The notes beneath the pieces were generated by a model. The model was not told the DNA's origin. It saw nothing but the letters and a program-made list of their open reading frames with translations, and did no database searches. A program made the translations under genes and the position numbers. From contig OZ251233.1 in NCBI GenBank assembly GCA_965240325.2, forward strand, positions 1-64,000: a DNA stretch of 64,000 nucleotides, written 5' to 3'. The stretch comes from Rebecca billardiae RCC1528. Its lineage: Eukaryota > Protista > Haptophyta. Below are positions 1-11,600 of the stretch, piece after piece. Numbering within the stretch: position 1 is the stretch's first letter; each line of letters begins with the position of its first letter.

Positions 1-236
1 CACCCCCTAACCCTCCCCTAACCCTACCCTAACCCTAACCCTAACCCCTAACCTAACCCTAACCCTAACCCAACCCCTAACCCTAACCCTAACCCTAACC
101 CTAACCCTAACCCTAACCCAAACCCTAACCCTAACCCTACCCCTAACCCTAACCCCTAACCCTAACCCTAACCCTACCCCTAACCCTAACCCCTAACCCC
201 TAACCCCTAACCCTAACCCTAACCCTAACCCTAACC

Positions 237-277
<41 letters not shown>

Positions 278-349
278 CCCTAAAACCCTAAACCCCTAAA
301 CCCTAAACCCTAACCCTAAACCCTAACCCTAAAACCCTAAACCCTAACC

Positions 350-380
<31 letters not shown>

Positions 381-456
381 GAACCCTAACCCTAACCCTA
401 AACCCTAAACCCCCCTAAACCCTAACCCTAACCTAAACCCTAACCCTAACCCTAAC

Positions 457-493
<37 letters not shown>

Positions 494-567
494 CCCTAAC
501 CCTAACCCTAACCCTAACCCTAACCCTAACCCTAACCCTAACCCTAACCCTAACCCCTAACCCTAAC

Positions 568-599
<32 letters not shown>

Positions 600-1322
600 C
601 TAACCCTAACCCTAACCCTAACCCTAACCTAACCCTAAACCTAACCCTAAACCCTAACCCTAACCCTAACCCTAACCCTAACCCTAACCCTAACCCTAAC
701 CCTAACCCTAACCCTAACCCTAACCCTAACCCTAACCCTAACCCTAACCCTAACCCTAACCCTAACCCTAACCCTAACCCTAACCCTAACCCCTAAACCC
801 TAAACCCTAACCCTAACCCTAACCCTAACCCTAACCCTAACCCTAACCCCTAACCCCTAACCCTAAACCCTAACCCCTAACCCTAACCCTAACCCTAACC
901 CTAACCCTAACCCTAACCCTAACCCTAACCCTAACCCTAACCCTAACCCTAACCCTAACCCTAACCCTAACCCTAACCCTAACCCTAACCCTAACCCTAA
1001 CCCTAACCCTAACCCTAACCCTAACCCTAACCCTAACCCTAACCCTAACCCTAACCCTAACCCTAACCCTAACCCTAACCCTAACCCTAACCCTAACCCT
1101 AACCCTAACCCTAACCCTAACCCTAACCCTAACCCTAACCCTAACCCTAACCCTAACCCTAACCCTAACCCTAACCCTAACCCTAACCCTAACCCCTAAC
1201 CCTAACCCTAACCCTAACCCTAACCCTAACCCTAACCCTAACCCTAACCCTAACCCTAACCCCTAACCCTAACCCTAACCCTAACCCTAACCCTAACCCT
1301 AACCCTAACCCTAACCCTAACC

Positions 1323-1401
<79 letters not shown>

Positions 1402-1465
1402 CCCTAACCCCTAACCCTAACCCTTAACCCTAACCCTAACCCTAACCCTAACCCTAACCCTAACC

Positions 1466-1506
<41 letters not shown>

Positions 1507-1517
1507 CCCTAACCCTA
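1..1517 (+). repeat. Telomere, (CCCTAA)n (TTAGGG-type); chromosome left end
   Basis: Continuous CCCTAA array from base 1 with scattered CCCTAAA/CCCCTAA variants. C-rich strand on + is the expected orientation for a left terminus. Confidence 0.99.
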
Positions 1518-1547
1518 TGTTCAGTTCAGGTCGAGCAGGCCGCCTCC

Positions 1548-1630
1548 GGTTAGGGCGCAGGTAAGGGTTAGGGTCGTGGTAAGGGTTAGGGTCGTGGTAA
1601 GGGTTAGGGTTAGGGTCGTGGTTAGGGTCG
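1548..1630 (+). repeat. Short inverted (G-rich on +) telomere-variant tract
   Basis: GGTTAG/GGCGCA/GGTAAG/GGTCGT hexamers, in opposite orientation to the adjacent telomere. Confidence 0.9.
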
Positions 1631-1633
1631 CCG

Positions 1634-1773
1634 GTACTAAAATGGGAATTTCTCGAGATTGACCGAACCGATTTCAACGAGACTTGGGCTCTGCCATGGA
1701 AATGGGAAGGGCTAGGGGCCCTCCAATTTTGAGAGGATTCGGCTCGGTCAATCTCGAGAAAACATACTTCTAA
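1634..1773. repeat. ~140-bp hairpin core, copy 1
   Basis: Perfect 18-bp inverted repeat tttctcgagattgaccga (1649-1666) / tcggtcaatctcgagaaa (1744-1761), with further imperfect pairing inside. Near-identical to 2231-2370. Confidence 0.9.
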
Positions 1774-1931
1774 TGTACAATGTACATTCCAAATGTACAA
1801 TGTACTACATTCCAAATGTACAATGTACACTTCCGAATGTACAATGTACATTCCAAATGTACAATGTACATTTCCGAATGTACAATGTACTACAGCCCAA
1901 ATGTACAATTTACATTCCAAATGTACAATGT
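1772..1931. repeat. AT-rich ~20-bp minisatellite (aatgtacaatgtacattcca-like), about 8 copies
   Basis: Tandem units built on palindromic TGTACA/AATGTACATT cores. Confidence 0.9.
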
Positions 1932-2226
1932 GAGGGTGAGGGTGAGGGTTAGGGCGCAGGTAAGGGTTAGGGCGCAGGTAAGGGTTAGGGCGCAGGTAAG
2001 GGTTAGGGCGCAGGTAAGGGTTAGGGCGCAGGTAAGGGTTAGGGCGCAGGTAAGGGTTAGGGCGCAGGTAAGGGTTAGGGCGCAGGTAAGGGTTAGGGCG
2101 CAGGTAAGGGTTAGGGCGCAGGTAAGGGTTAGGGCGCAGGTAAGGGTTAGGGCGCAGGTAAGGGTTAGGGCGCAGGTAAGGGTTAGGGCGCAGGTAAGGG
2201 TTAGGGTTAGGGTGGTGGTTAGGGTC
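1931..2226 (+). repeat. Inverted telomere-variant array: (TGAGGG)3 followed by ~14 x 18-bp TTAGGGCGCAGGTAAGGG
   Basis: Exact 18-bp tandem unit made of three telomere-like hexamers, G-rich on +. Confidence 0.95.
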
Positions 2227-2230
2227 GCCA

Positions 2231-2370
2231 GTACTAAAATGAGAATTTCTCGAGATTGACCGAACTGATTTCAACGAGACTTGGGCTCTGCCATGGAAAT
2301 GGGAAGGGCTAAGGGCCCTCCAATTTTGAGAGAATTTGGCTCGGTCAATCTCGAGAAAACATACTTCTAA
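2231..2370. repeat. ~140-bp hairpin core, copy 2
   Basis: Same 18-bp inverted repeat at 2246-2263 / 2341-2358, followed by the C-strand-like remnant ctaaccttaacc. Confidence 0.9.
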
Positions 2371-2649
2371 CCTTAACCTTCGGCTGGTGCGTGGCGCCGG
2401 GTACGTTGCAACGCTCTCGCGCCACGCGCCGTCGAGTAGCATGCACTGGGGCCACTATACCGCCGCACGCGCTGCCATTGCCGTTGCGAGCGTGCGGCCG
2501 AACGGACAGCTCGAATCTGAGCCGTGGCCAGCTCGTGCGCACTCGTGCGGGTATGCTACGGAGCCTCGCGCTTCATGATCTCAGTGGCACCAACTCAGCA
2601 TCATCAGTGCATCCGCGAAAGCGCGGCTCGAATATTTTACTACTCATCG

Positions 2650-5600
2650 TCGTGTGTGCCGCTACATCGTGCGCGTCGCGGCTGGTTGGAGCCGCGGTTG
2701 CGTGTGCCGAGCCAGTCAGTGGCACACGGCGAGCCGAGCTGGTGCGGTGGCCCTCAGCGAAGGCCCAAGAGCCGTTACGTGGGGCATCTGCCGTCGTGGC
2801 CGGCCGCAGTGACCCCCGGGCGAGCCGCAACCGCGAGGGCAGGCCCAACTAACGGCATGGTGGGCCGCTACATCGTGCGCGTCGCGGCTGGTTGGAGCCG
2901 CGGTTGCGTGTGCCGAGCTGGTGCGGTGGCCCTCAGCGAAGGCCCAAGAGCCGTTACGTGGGGCATCTGCCGTCGTGGCCGGCCGCAGTGACCCCCGGGC
3001 GAGCCGCAACCGCGAGGGCAGGCCCAACTAACGGCGTGGTGGGCCGCTACATCGTGCGCGTCGCGGCTGGTTGGAGCCGCGGTTGCGTGTGCCGAGCTGG
3101 TGCGGTGGCCCTCAGCGAAGGCCCAAGAGCCGTTACGTGGGGCATCTGCCGACGTGGCCGGCCGCAGTGACCCCCGGGCGAGCCGCAGCCGCGAGGGCAG
3201 GCCCAACTAACGGCGTGGTGGGCCGCTACGGCGTGCGCGTCGCGGCTGGTTGGAGCCGCGCCCGCGGCCGCCGAGCCGGTAGCGCACACGGCGGGCCGAG
3301 CTGGTGCGGTCTCCCTTAGCGACGGCCCAAGAGCCATTACGTGGGGCACCGGCCGACGTGGCCGGCCGCAGTGACCCCCGGGCGAGCCGCAACCGCGAGG
3401 GCAGGCCCAACTAACGCTACATCGTGCGCCTCGCGGCTGGTTGGAGCCGCGGTTGCGTGTGCTGAGCCAGTCAGTGGCACACGGCGAGCCGAGCTGGTGC
3501 GGTGGCCCTCAGCGAAGGCCCAAGAGCCGTTACGTGGGGCATCTGCCGTCGTGGCCGGCCGCAGTGACCCCCGGGCGAGCCGCAACCGCGAGGGCAGGCC
3601 CAACTAACGGCGTGGTGGGCCGCTACATCGTGCACGTCGCGGCTGGTTGGAGCCGCGGTTGCGTGTGCCGAGCCAGTCAGTGGCACACGGCGAGCCGAGC
3701 TGGTGCGGTGGCCCTCAGCGAAGGCCCAAGAGCCGTTACGTGGGGCATCTGCCGTCGTGGCCGGCCGCAGTGACCCCCGGGCGAGCCGCAACCGCGAGGG
3801 CAGGCCCAACTAACGGCGTGGTGGGCCGCTACATCGTGCGCGTCGCGGCTGGTTGGAGCCGCGGTTGCGGGTGCCGAGCCAGTCAGTGGCACACGGCGAG
3901 CCGAGCTGGTGCGGTGGCCCTCAGCGAAGGCCCAAGAGCCGTTACGTGGGGCATCTGCCGTCGTGGCCGGCCGCAGGGACCCCCGGGCGAGCCGCAACCG
4001 CGAGGGCACGCCCAACTAACGGCGTGGTGGGCCGCTACATCGTGCGCGTCGCGGCTGGTTGGAGCCGCGGTTGCGTGTGCCGAGCCAGTCAGTCAGTGGC
4101 ACACGGCGAGCCGAGCTGGTGCGGTGGCCCTCAGCGAAGGCCCAAGAGCCGTTACGTGGGGCATCTGCCGTCGTGGCCGGCCGCAGTGACCCCCGGGCGA
4201 GCCGCAACCGCGAGGGCAGGCCCAACTAACGGCGTGGTGGGCCGCTACATCGTGCGCGTCGCGGCTGGTTGGAGCCGCGGTTGCGGGTGCCGAGCCAGTC
4301 AGTGGCACACTGCGAGCCGAGCTGGTGCGGTGGCCCTCAGCGAAGGCCCAAGAGCCGTTACGTGGGGCATCTGCCGTCGTGGCCGGCCGCAGTGACCCCC
4401 GGGCGAGCCGCAACCGCGAGGGCACGCCCAACTAACGGCGTGGTGGGCCGCTACATCGTGCGCGTCGCGGCTGGTTGGAGCCGCGGTTGCGTGTGCCGAG
4501 CCAGTCAGTCAGTGGCACACGGCGAGCCGAGCTGGTGCGGTGGCCCTCAGCGAAGGCCCAAGAGCCGTTACGTGGGGCATCTGCCGTCGTGGCCGGCCGC
4601 AGTGACCCCCGGGCGAGCCGCAACCGCGAGGGCAGGCCCAACTAACGGCGTGGTGGGCCGCTACATCGTGCGCGTCGCGGCTGGTTGGAGCCGCGGTTGC
4701 GTGTGCCGAGCCAGTCAGTGGCACACGGCGAGCCGAGCTGGTGCGGTGGCCCTCAGCGAAGGCCCAAGAGCCGTTACGTGGGGCATCTGCCGTCGTGGCC
4801 GGCCGCAGTGACCCCCGGGCGAGCCGCAACCGCGAGGGCAGGCCCAACTAACGGCGTGGTGGGCCGCTACATCGTGCGCGTCGCGGCTGGTTGGAGCCGC
4901 GGTTGCGTGTGCCGAGCTGGTGCGGTGGCCCTCAGCGAAGGCCCAAGAGCCGTTACGTGGGGCATCTGCCGTCGTGGCCGGCCGCAGTGACCCCCGGGCG
5001 AGCCGCAACCGCGAGGGCAGGCCCAACTAACGGCGTGGTGGGCCGCTACGGCGTGCGCTTTGCGGCTGGTTGGAGCCGCGCCCGCGGCCGCCGAGCCGGT
5101 AGCGCACACGGCGGGCCGAGCTGGTGCGGTCTCCCTTAGCGACGGCCCAAGAGCCATTACGTGGGGCAACGGCCGACGTGGCCGGCCGCAGTGACCCCCG
5201 GGCGAGCCGCAGCCGCGAGGGCAGGCCCAACTAACGGCGTGGTGGGCCGCTACGGCGTGCGCTTTGCGGCTGGTTGGAGCCGCGCCCGCGGCCGCCGAGC
5301 CGGTAGCGCACACGGCGGGCCGAGCTGGTGCGGTCTCCCTTAGCGACGGCCCAAGAGCCATTACGTGGGGCAACGGCCGACGTGGCCGGCCGCAGTGACC
5401 CCCGGGCGAGCCGCAGCCGCGAGGGCAGGCCCAACTAACGGCGTGGTGGGCCGCTACGGCGTGCGCTTTGCGGCTGGTTGGAGCCGCGCCCGCGGCCGCC
5501 GAGCCGGTAGCGCACACGGCGGGCCGAGCTGGTGCGGTCTCCCTTAGCGACGGCCCAAGAGCCATTACGTGGGGCAACGGCCGACGTGGCCAGCCGCAGT

Positions 5601-8600
5601 GACCTCCGGGCGAGCCGCAACCGCGAGGGCAGGCCCAACTAACGGCGTGGTGGGCCGCTACATCGTGCGCGTCGCGGCTGGTTGGAGCCGCGGTTGCGTG
5701 TGCCGAGCCAGTCAGTCAGTGGCACACGGCGAGCCGAGCTGGTGCGGTGGCCCTCAGCGAAGGCCCAAGAGCCGTTACGTGGGGCATCTGCCGTCGTGGC
5801 CGGCCGCAGTGACCCCCGGGCGAGCCGCAACCGCGAGGGCAGGCCCAACTAACGGCGTGGTGGGCCGCTACATCGTGCGCGTCGCGGCTGGTTGGAGCCG
5901 CGGTTGCGTGTGCCGAGCTGGTGCGGTGGCCCTCAGCGAAGGCCCAAGAGCCGTTACGTGGGGCAACGGCCGACGTGGCCGGCCGCAGTGACCCCCGGGC
6001 GAGCCGCAACCGCGAGGGCAGGCCCAACTAACGGCATGGTGGGCCGCTACATCGTGCGCGTCGCGGCTGGTTGGAGCCGCGGTTGCGTGTGCCGAGCCAG
6101 TCAGTGGCACACGGCGAGCCGAGCTGGTGCGGTGGCCCTCAGCGAAGGCCCAAGAGCCGTTACGTGGGGCATCTGCCGTCGTGGCCGGCCGCAGTGACCC
6201 CCGGGCGAGCCGCAACCGCGAGGGCAGGCCCAACTAACGGCATGGTGGGCCGCTACATCGTGCGCGTCGCGGCTGGTTGGAGCCGCGGTTGCGTGTGCCG
6301 AGCCAGTCAGTCAGTGGCACACGGCGAGCCGAGCTGGTGCGGTGGCCCTCAGCGAAGGCCCAAGAGCCGTTACGTGGGGCATCTGCCGACGTGGCCGGCC
6401 GCAGTGACCCCCGGGCGAGCCGCAACCGCGAGGGCAGGCCCAACTAACGGCGTGGTGGGCCGCTACGGCGTGCGCGTCGCGGCTGGTTGGAGCCGCGGTT
6501 GCGTGTGCCGAGTCAGTCAGTGGCACACGGCGAGCCGAGCTGGTGCGGTGGCCCTCAGCGAAGGCCCAAGAGCCGTTACGTGGGGCATCTGCCGTCGTGG
6601 CCGGCCGCAGTGACCCCCGGGCGAGCCGCAACCGCGAGGGCAGGCCCAACTAACGGCGTGGTGGGCCGCTACATCGTGCGCGTCGCGGCTGGTTGGAGCC
6701 GCGGTTGCGTGTGCCGAGCTGGTGCGGTGGCCCTCAGCGAAGGCCCAAGAGCCGTTACGTGGGGCAACGGCCGACGTGGCCGGCCGCAGTGACCCCCGGG
6801 CGAGACGCAACCGCGAGGGCAGGCCCAACTAACGGCATGGTGGGCCGCTACATCGTGCGCGTCGCGGCTGGTTGGAGCCGCGGTTGCGTGTGCCGAGCCA
6901 GTCAGTGGCACACGGCGAGCCGAGCTGGTGCGGTGGCCCTCAGCGAAGGCCCAAGAGCCGTTACGTGGGGCATCTGCCGTCGTGGCCGGCCGCAGTGACC
7001 CCCGGGCGAGCCGCAACCGCGAGGGCAGGCCCAACTAACGGCATGGTGGGCCGCTACATCGTGCGCGTCGCGGCTGGTTGGAGCCGCGGTTGCGTGTGCC
7101 GAGCCAGTCAGTCAGTGGCACACGGCGAGCCGAGCTGGTGCGGTGGCCCTCAGCGAAGGCCCAAGAGCCGTTACGTGGGGCATCTGCCGACGTGGCCGGC
7201 CGCAGTGACCCCCGGGCGAGCCGCAACCGCGAGGGCAGGCCCAACTAACGGCGTGGTGGGCCGCTACGGCGTGCGCGTCGCGGCTGGTTGGAGCCGCGGT
7301 TGCGTGTGCCGAGTCAGTCAGTGGCACACGGCGAGCCGAGCTGGTGCGGTGGCCCTCAGCGAAGGCCCAAGAGCCGTTACATGGGGCATCTGCCGTCGTG
7401 GCCGGCCGCAGTGACCCCCGGGCGAGCCGCAACCGCGAGGGCAGGCCCAACTAACGGCGTGGTGGGCCGCTACATCGTGCGCGTCGCGGCTGGTTGGAGC
7501 CGCGGTTGCGTGTGCCGAGCTGGTGCGGTGGCCCTCAGCGAAGGCCCAAGAGCCGTTACGTGGGGCAACGGCCGACGTGGCCGGCCGCAGTGACCCCCGG
7601 GCGAGCCGCAACCGCGAGGGCAGGCCCAACTAACGGCATGGTGGGCCGCTACATCGTGCGCGTCGCGGCTGGTTGGAGCCGCGGTTGCGTGTGCCGAGCC
7701 AGTCAGTGGCACACGGCGAGCCGAGCTGGTGCGGTGGCCCTCAGCGAAGGCCCAAGAGCCGTTACGTGGGGCATCTGCCGTCGTGGCCGGCCGCAGTGAC
7801 CCCCGGGCGAGCCGCAACCGCGAGGGCAGGCCCAACTAACGGCATGGTGGGCCGCTACATCGTGCGCGTCGCGGCTGGTTGGAGCCGCGGTTGCGTGTGC
7901 CGAGCCAGTCAGTCAGTGGCACACGGCGAGCCGAGCTGGTGCGGTGGCCCTCAGCGAAGGCCCAAGAGCCGTTACGTGGGGCATCTGCCGACGTGGCCGG
8001 CCGCAGTGACCCCCGGGCGAGCCGCAACCGCGAGGGCAGGCCCAACTAACGGCGTGGTGGGCCGCTACGGCGTGCGCGTCGCGGCTGGTTGGAGCCGCGG
8101 TTGCGTGTGCCGAGTCAGTCAGTGGCACACGGCGAGCCGAGCTGGTGCGGTGGCCCTCAGCGAAGGCCCAAGAGCCGTTACGTGGGGCATCTGCCGTCGT
8201 GGCCGGCCGCAGTGACCCCCGGGCGAGCCGCAACCGCGAGGGCAGGCCCAACTAACGGCGTGGTGGGCCGCTGCGGCGTGCGCGTCGCGGCTGGTTGGAG
8301 CCGCGGTTGCGTGTGCCGAGCCAGTCAGTGGCACACGGCGAGCCGAGCTGGTGCGGTGGCCCTCAGCGAAGGCCCAAGAGCCGTTACGTGGGGCATCTGC
8401 CGTCGTGGCCGGCCGCAGTGACCCCCGGGCGAGCCGCAACCGCGAGGGCAGGCCCAACTAACGGCATGGTGGGCCGCTACATCGTGCGCGTCGCGGCTGG
8501 TTGGAGCCGCGGTTGCGTGTGCCGAGCCAGTCAGTCAGTGGCACACGGCGAGCCGAGCTGGTGCGGTGGCCCTCAGCGAAGGCCCAAGAGCCGTTACGTG

Positions 8601-11600
8601 GGGCATCTGCCGTCGTGGCCGGCCGCAGTGACCCCCGGGCGAGCCGCAACCGCGAGGGCAGGCCCAACTAACGGCGTGGTGGGCCGCTACATCGTGCGCG
8701 TCGCGGCTGGTTGGAGCCGCGGTTGCGTGTGCCGAGCTGGTGCGGTGGCCCTCAGCGAAGGCCCAAGAGCCGTTACGTGGGGCAACGGCCGACGTGGCCG
8801 GCCGCAGTGACCCCCGGGCGAGACGCAACCGCGAGGGCAGGCCCAACTAACGGCATGGTGGGCCGCTACATCGTGCGCGTCGCGGCTGGTTGGAGCCGCG
8901 GTTGCGTGTGCCGAGCCAGTCAGTGGCACACGGCGAGCCGAGCTGGTGCGGTGGCCCTCAGCGAAGGCCCAAGAGCCGTTACGTGGGGCATCTGCCGTCG
9001 TGGCCGGCCGCAGTGACCCCCGGGCGAGCCGCAACCGCGAGGGCAGGCCCAACTAACGGCATGGTGGGCCGCTACATCGTGCGCGTCGCGGCTGGTTGGA
9101 GCCGCGGTTGCGTGTGCCGAGCCAGTCAGTCAGTGGCACACGGCGAGCCGAGCTGGTGCGGTGGCCCTCAGCGAAGGCCCAAGAGCCGTTACGTGGGGCA
9201 TCTGCCGACGTGGCCGGCCGCAGTGACCCCCGGGCGAGCCGCAACCGCGAGGGCAGGCCCAACTAACGGCGTGGTGGGCCGCTACGGCGTGCGCGTCGCG
9301 GCTGGTTGGAGCCGCGGTTGCGTGTGCCGAGTCAGTCAGTGGCACACGGCGAGCCGAGCTGGTGCGGTGGCCCTCAGCGAAGGCCCAAGAGCCGTTACGT
9401 GGGGCATCTGCCGTCGTGGCCGGCCGCAGTGACCCCCGGGCGAGCCGCAACCGCGAGGGCAGGCCCAACTAACGGCGTGGTGGGCCGCTACATCGTGCGC
9501 GTCGCGGCTGGTTGGAGCCGCGGTTGCGTGTGCCGAGCTGGTGCGGTGGCCCTCAGCGAAGGCCCAAGAGCCGTTACGTGGGGCATCTGCCGTCGTGGCC
9601 GGCCGCAGTGACCCCCGGGCGAGCCGCAACCGCGAGGGCAGGCCCAACTAACGGCGTGGTGGGCCGCTACATCGTGCGCCTCGCGGCTGGTTGGAGCCGC
9701 GGTTGCGTGTGCCGAGCCAGTCAGTCAGTGGCACACGGCGGGCCGAGCTGGTGCGGTCTCCCTTAGCGACGGCCCAAGAGCCACTACGTGGGGCAACGGC
9801 CGACGTGGCCGGCCGCAGTGACCCCCGGGCGAGCCGCAACCGCGAGGGCAGGCCCAACTAACGGCATGGTGGGCCGCTACATCGTGCACGTCGCGGCTGG
9901 TTGGAGCCGCGGTTGCGTGTGCCGAGCCAGTCAGTGGCACACGGCGAGCCGAGCTGGTGCGGTGGCCCTCAGCGAAGGCCCAAGAGCCGTTACGTGGGGC
10001 ATCTGCCGTCGTGGCCGGCCGCAGTGACCCCCGGGCGAGCCGCAACCGCGAGGGCAGGCCCAACTAACGGCGTGGTGGGCCGCTACATCGTGCGCCTCGC
10101 GGCTGGTTGGAGCCGCGGTTGCGTGTGCTGAGCCAGTCAGTGGCACACGGCGAGCCGAGCTGGTGCGGTCTCCCTCAGCGACGGCCCAAGAGCCATTACG
10201 TGGGGCAACGGCCGACGTGGCCGGCCGCAGTGACCCCCGGGCGAGCCGCAACCGCGAGGGCAGGCCCAACTAACGGCGTGGTGGGCCGCTGCGGCGTGCG
10301 CGTCGCGGCTGGTTGGAGCCGCGGTTGCGTGTGCCGAGCCAGTCAGTGGCACACGGCGAGCCGAGCTGGTGCGGTGGCCCTCAGCGAAGGCCCAAGAGCC
10401 GTTACGTGGGGCATCTGCCGTCGTGGCCGGCCGCAGTGACCCCCGGGCGAGCCGCAACCGCGAGGGCAGGCCCAACTAACGGCATGGTGGGCCGCTACAT
10501 CGTGCGCGTCGCGGCTGGTTGGAGCCGCGGTTGCGTGTGCCGAGCCAGTCAGTCAGTGGCACACGGCGAGCCGAGCTGGTGCGGTGGCCCTCAGCGAAGG
10601 CCCAAGAGCCGTTACGTGGGGCATCTGCCGTCGTGGCCGGCCGCAGTGACCCCCGGGCGAGCCGCAACCGCGAGGGCAGGCCCAACTAACGGCGTGGTGG
10701 GCCGCTACATCGTGCGCGTCGCGGCTGGTTGGAGCCGCGGTTGCGTGTGCCGAGCCAGTCAGTGGCACACGGCGAGCCGAGCTGGTGCGGTGGCCCTCAG
10801 CGAAGGCCCAAGAGCCGTTACGTGGGGCATCTGCCGTCGTGGCCGGCCGCAGTGACCCCCGGGCGAGCCGCAACCGCGAGGGCAGGCCCAACTAACGGCA
10901 TGGTGGGCCGCTACATCGTGCGCGTCGCGGCTGGTTGGAGCCGCGGTTGCGTGTGCCGAGCCAGTCAGTCAGTGGCACACGGCGAGCCTAGCTGGTGCGG
11001 TGGCCCTCAGCGAAGGCCCAAGAGCCGTTACGTGGGGCATCTGCCGTCGTGGCCGGCCGCAGTGACCCCCGGGCGAGCCGCAACCGCGAGGGCAGGCCCA
11101 ACTAACGGCATGGTGGGCCGCTACATCGTGCGCGTCGCGGCTGGTTGGAGCCGCGGTTGCGTGTGCCGAGCCAGTCAGTCAGTGGCACACGGCGAGCCGA
11201 GCTGGTGCGGTGGCCCTCAGCGAAGGCCCAAGAGCCGTTACGTGGGGCATCTGCCGACGTGGCCGGCCGCAGTGACCCCCGGGCGAGCCGCAACCGCGAG
11301 GGCAGGCCCAACTAACGGCGTGGTGGGCCGCTACATCGTGCGCGTCGCGGCTGGTTGGAGCCGCGGTTGCGTGTGCCGAGCCAGTCAGTGGCACACGGCG
11401 AGCCGAGCTGGTGCGGTGGCCCTCAGCGAAGGCCCAAGAGCCGTTACGTGGGGCATCTGCCGACGTGGCCGGCCGCAGTGACCCCCGGGCGAGCCGCAAC
11501 CGCGAGGGCAGGCCCAACTAACGGCGTGGTGGGCCGCTACGGCGTGCGCGTCGCGGCTGGTTGGAGCCGCGGTTGCGTGTGCCGAGCCAGTCAGTGGCAC

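Noticed and set aside
1-900. Mixed CCCTAA/CCCTAAA telomere as evidence of a dual-template telomerase
   Set aside because: The variants are homopolymer-length changes concentrated at the low-coverage contig tip, most simply sequencing error. Read-level data would be needed.
1417-2442. 341-aa ORF with PNPYLR repeats
   Set aside because: It is a translation of telomere-variant and minisatellite repeats, with no coding signal.
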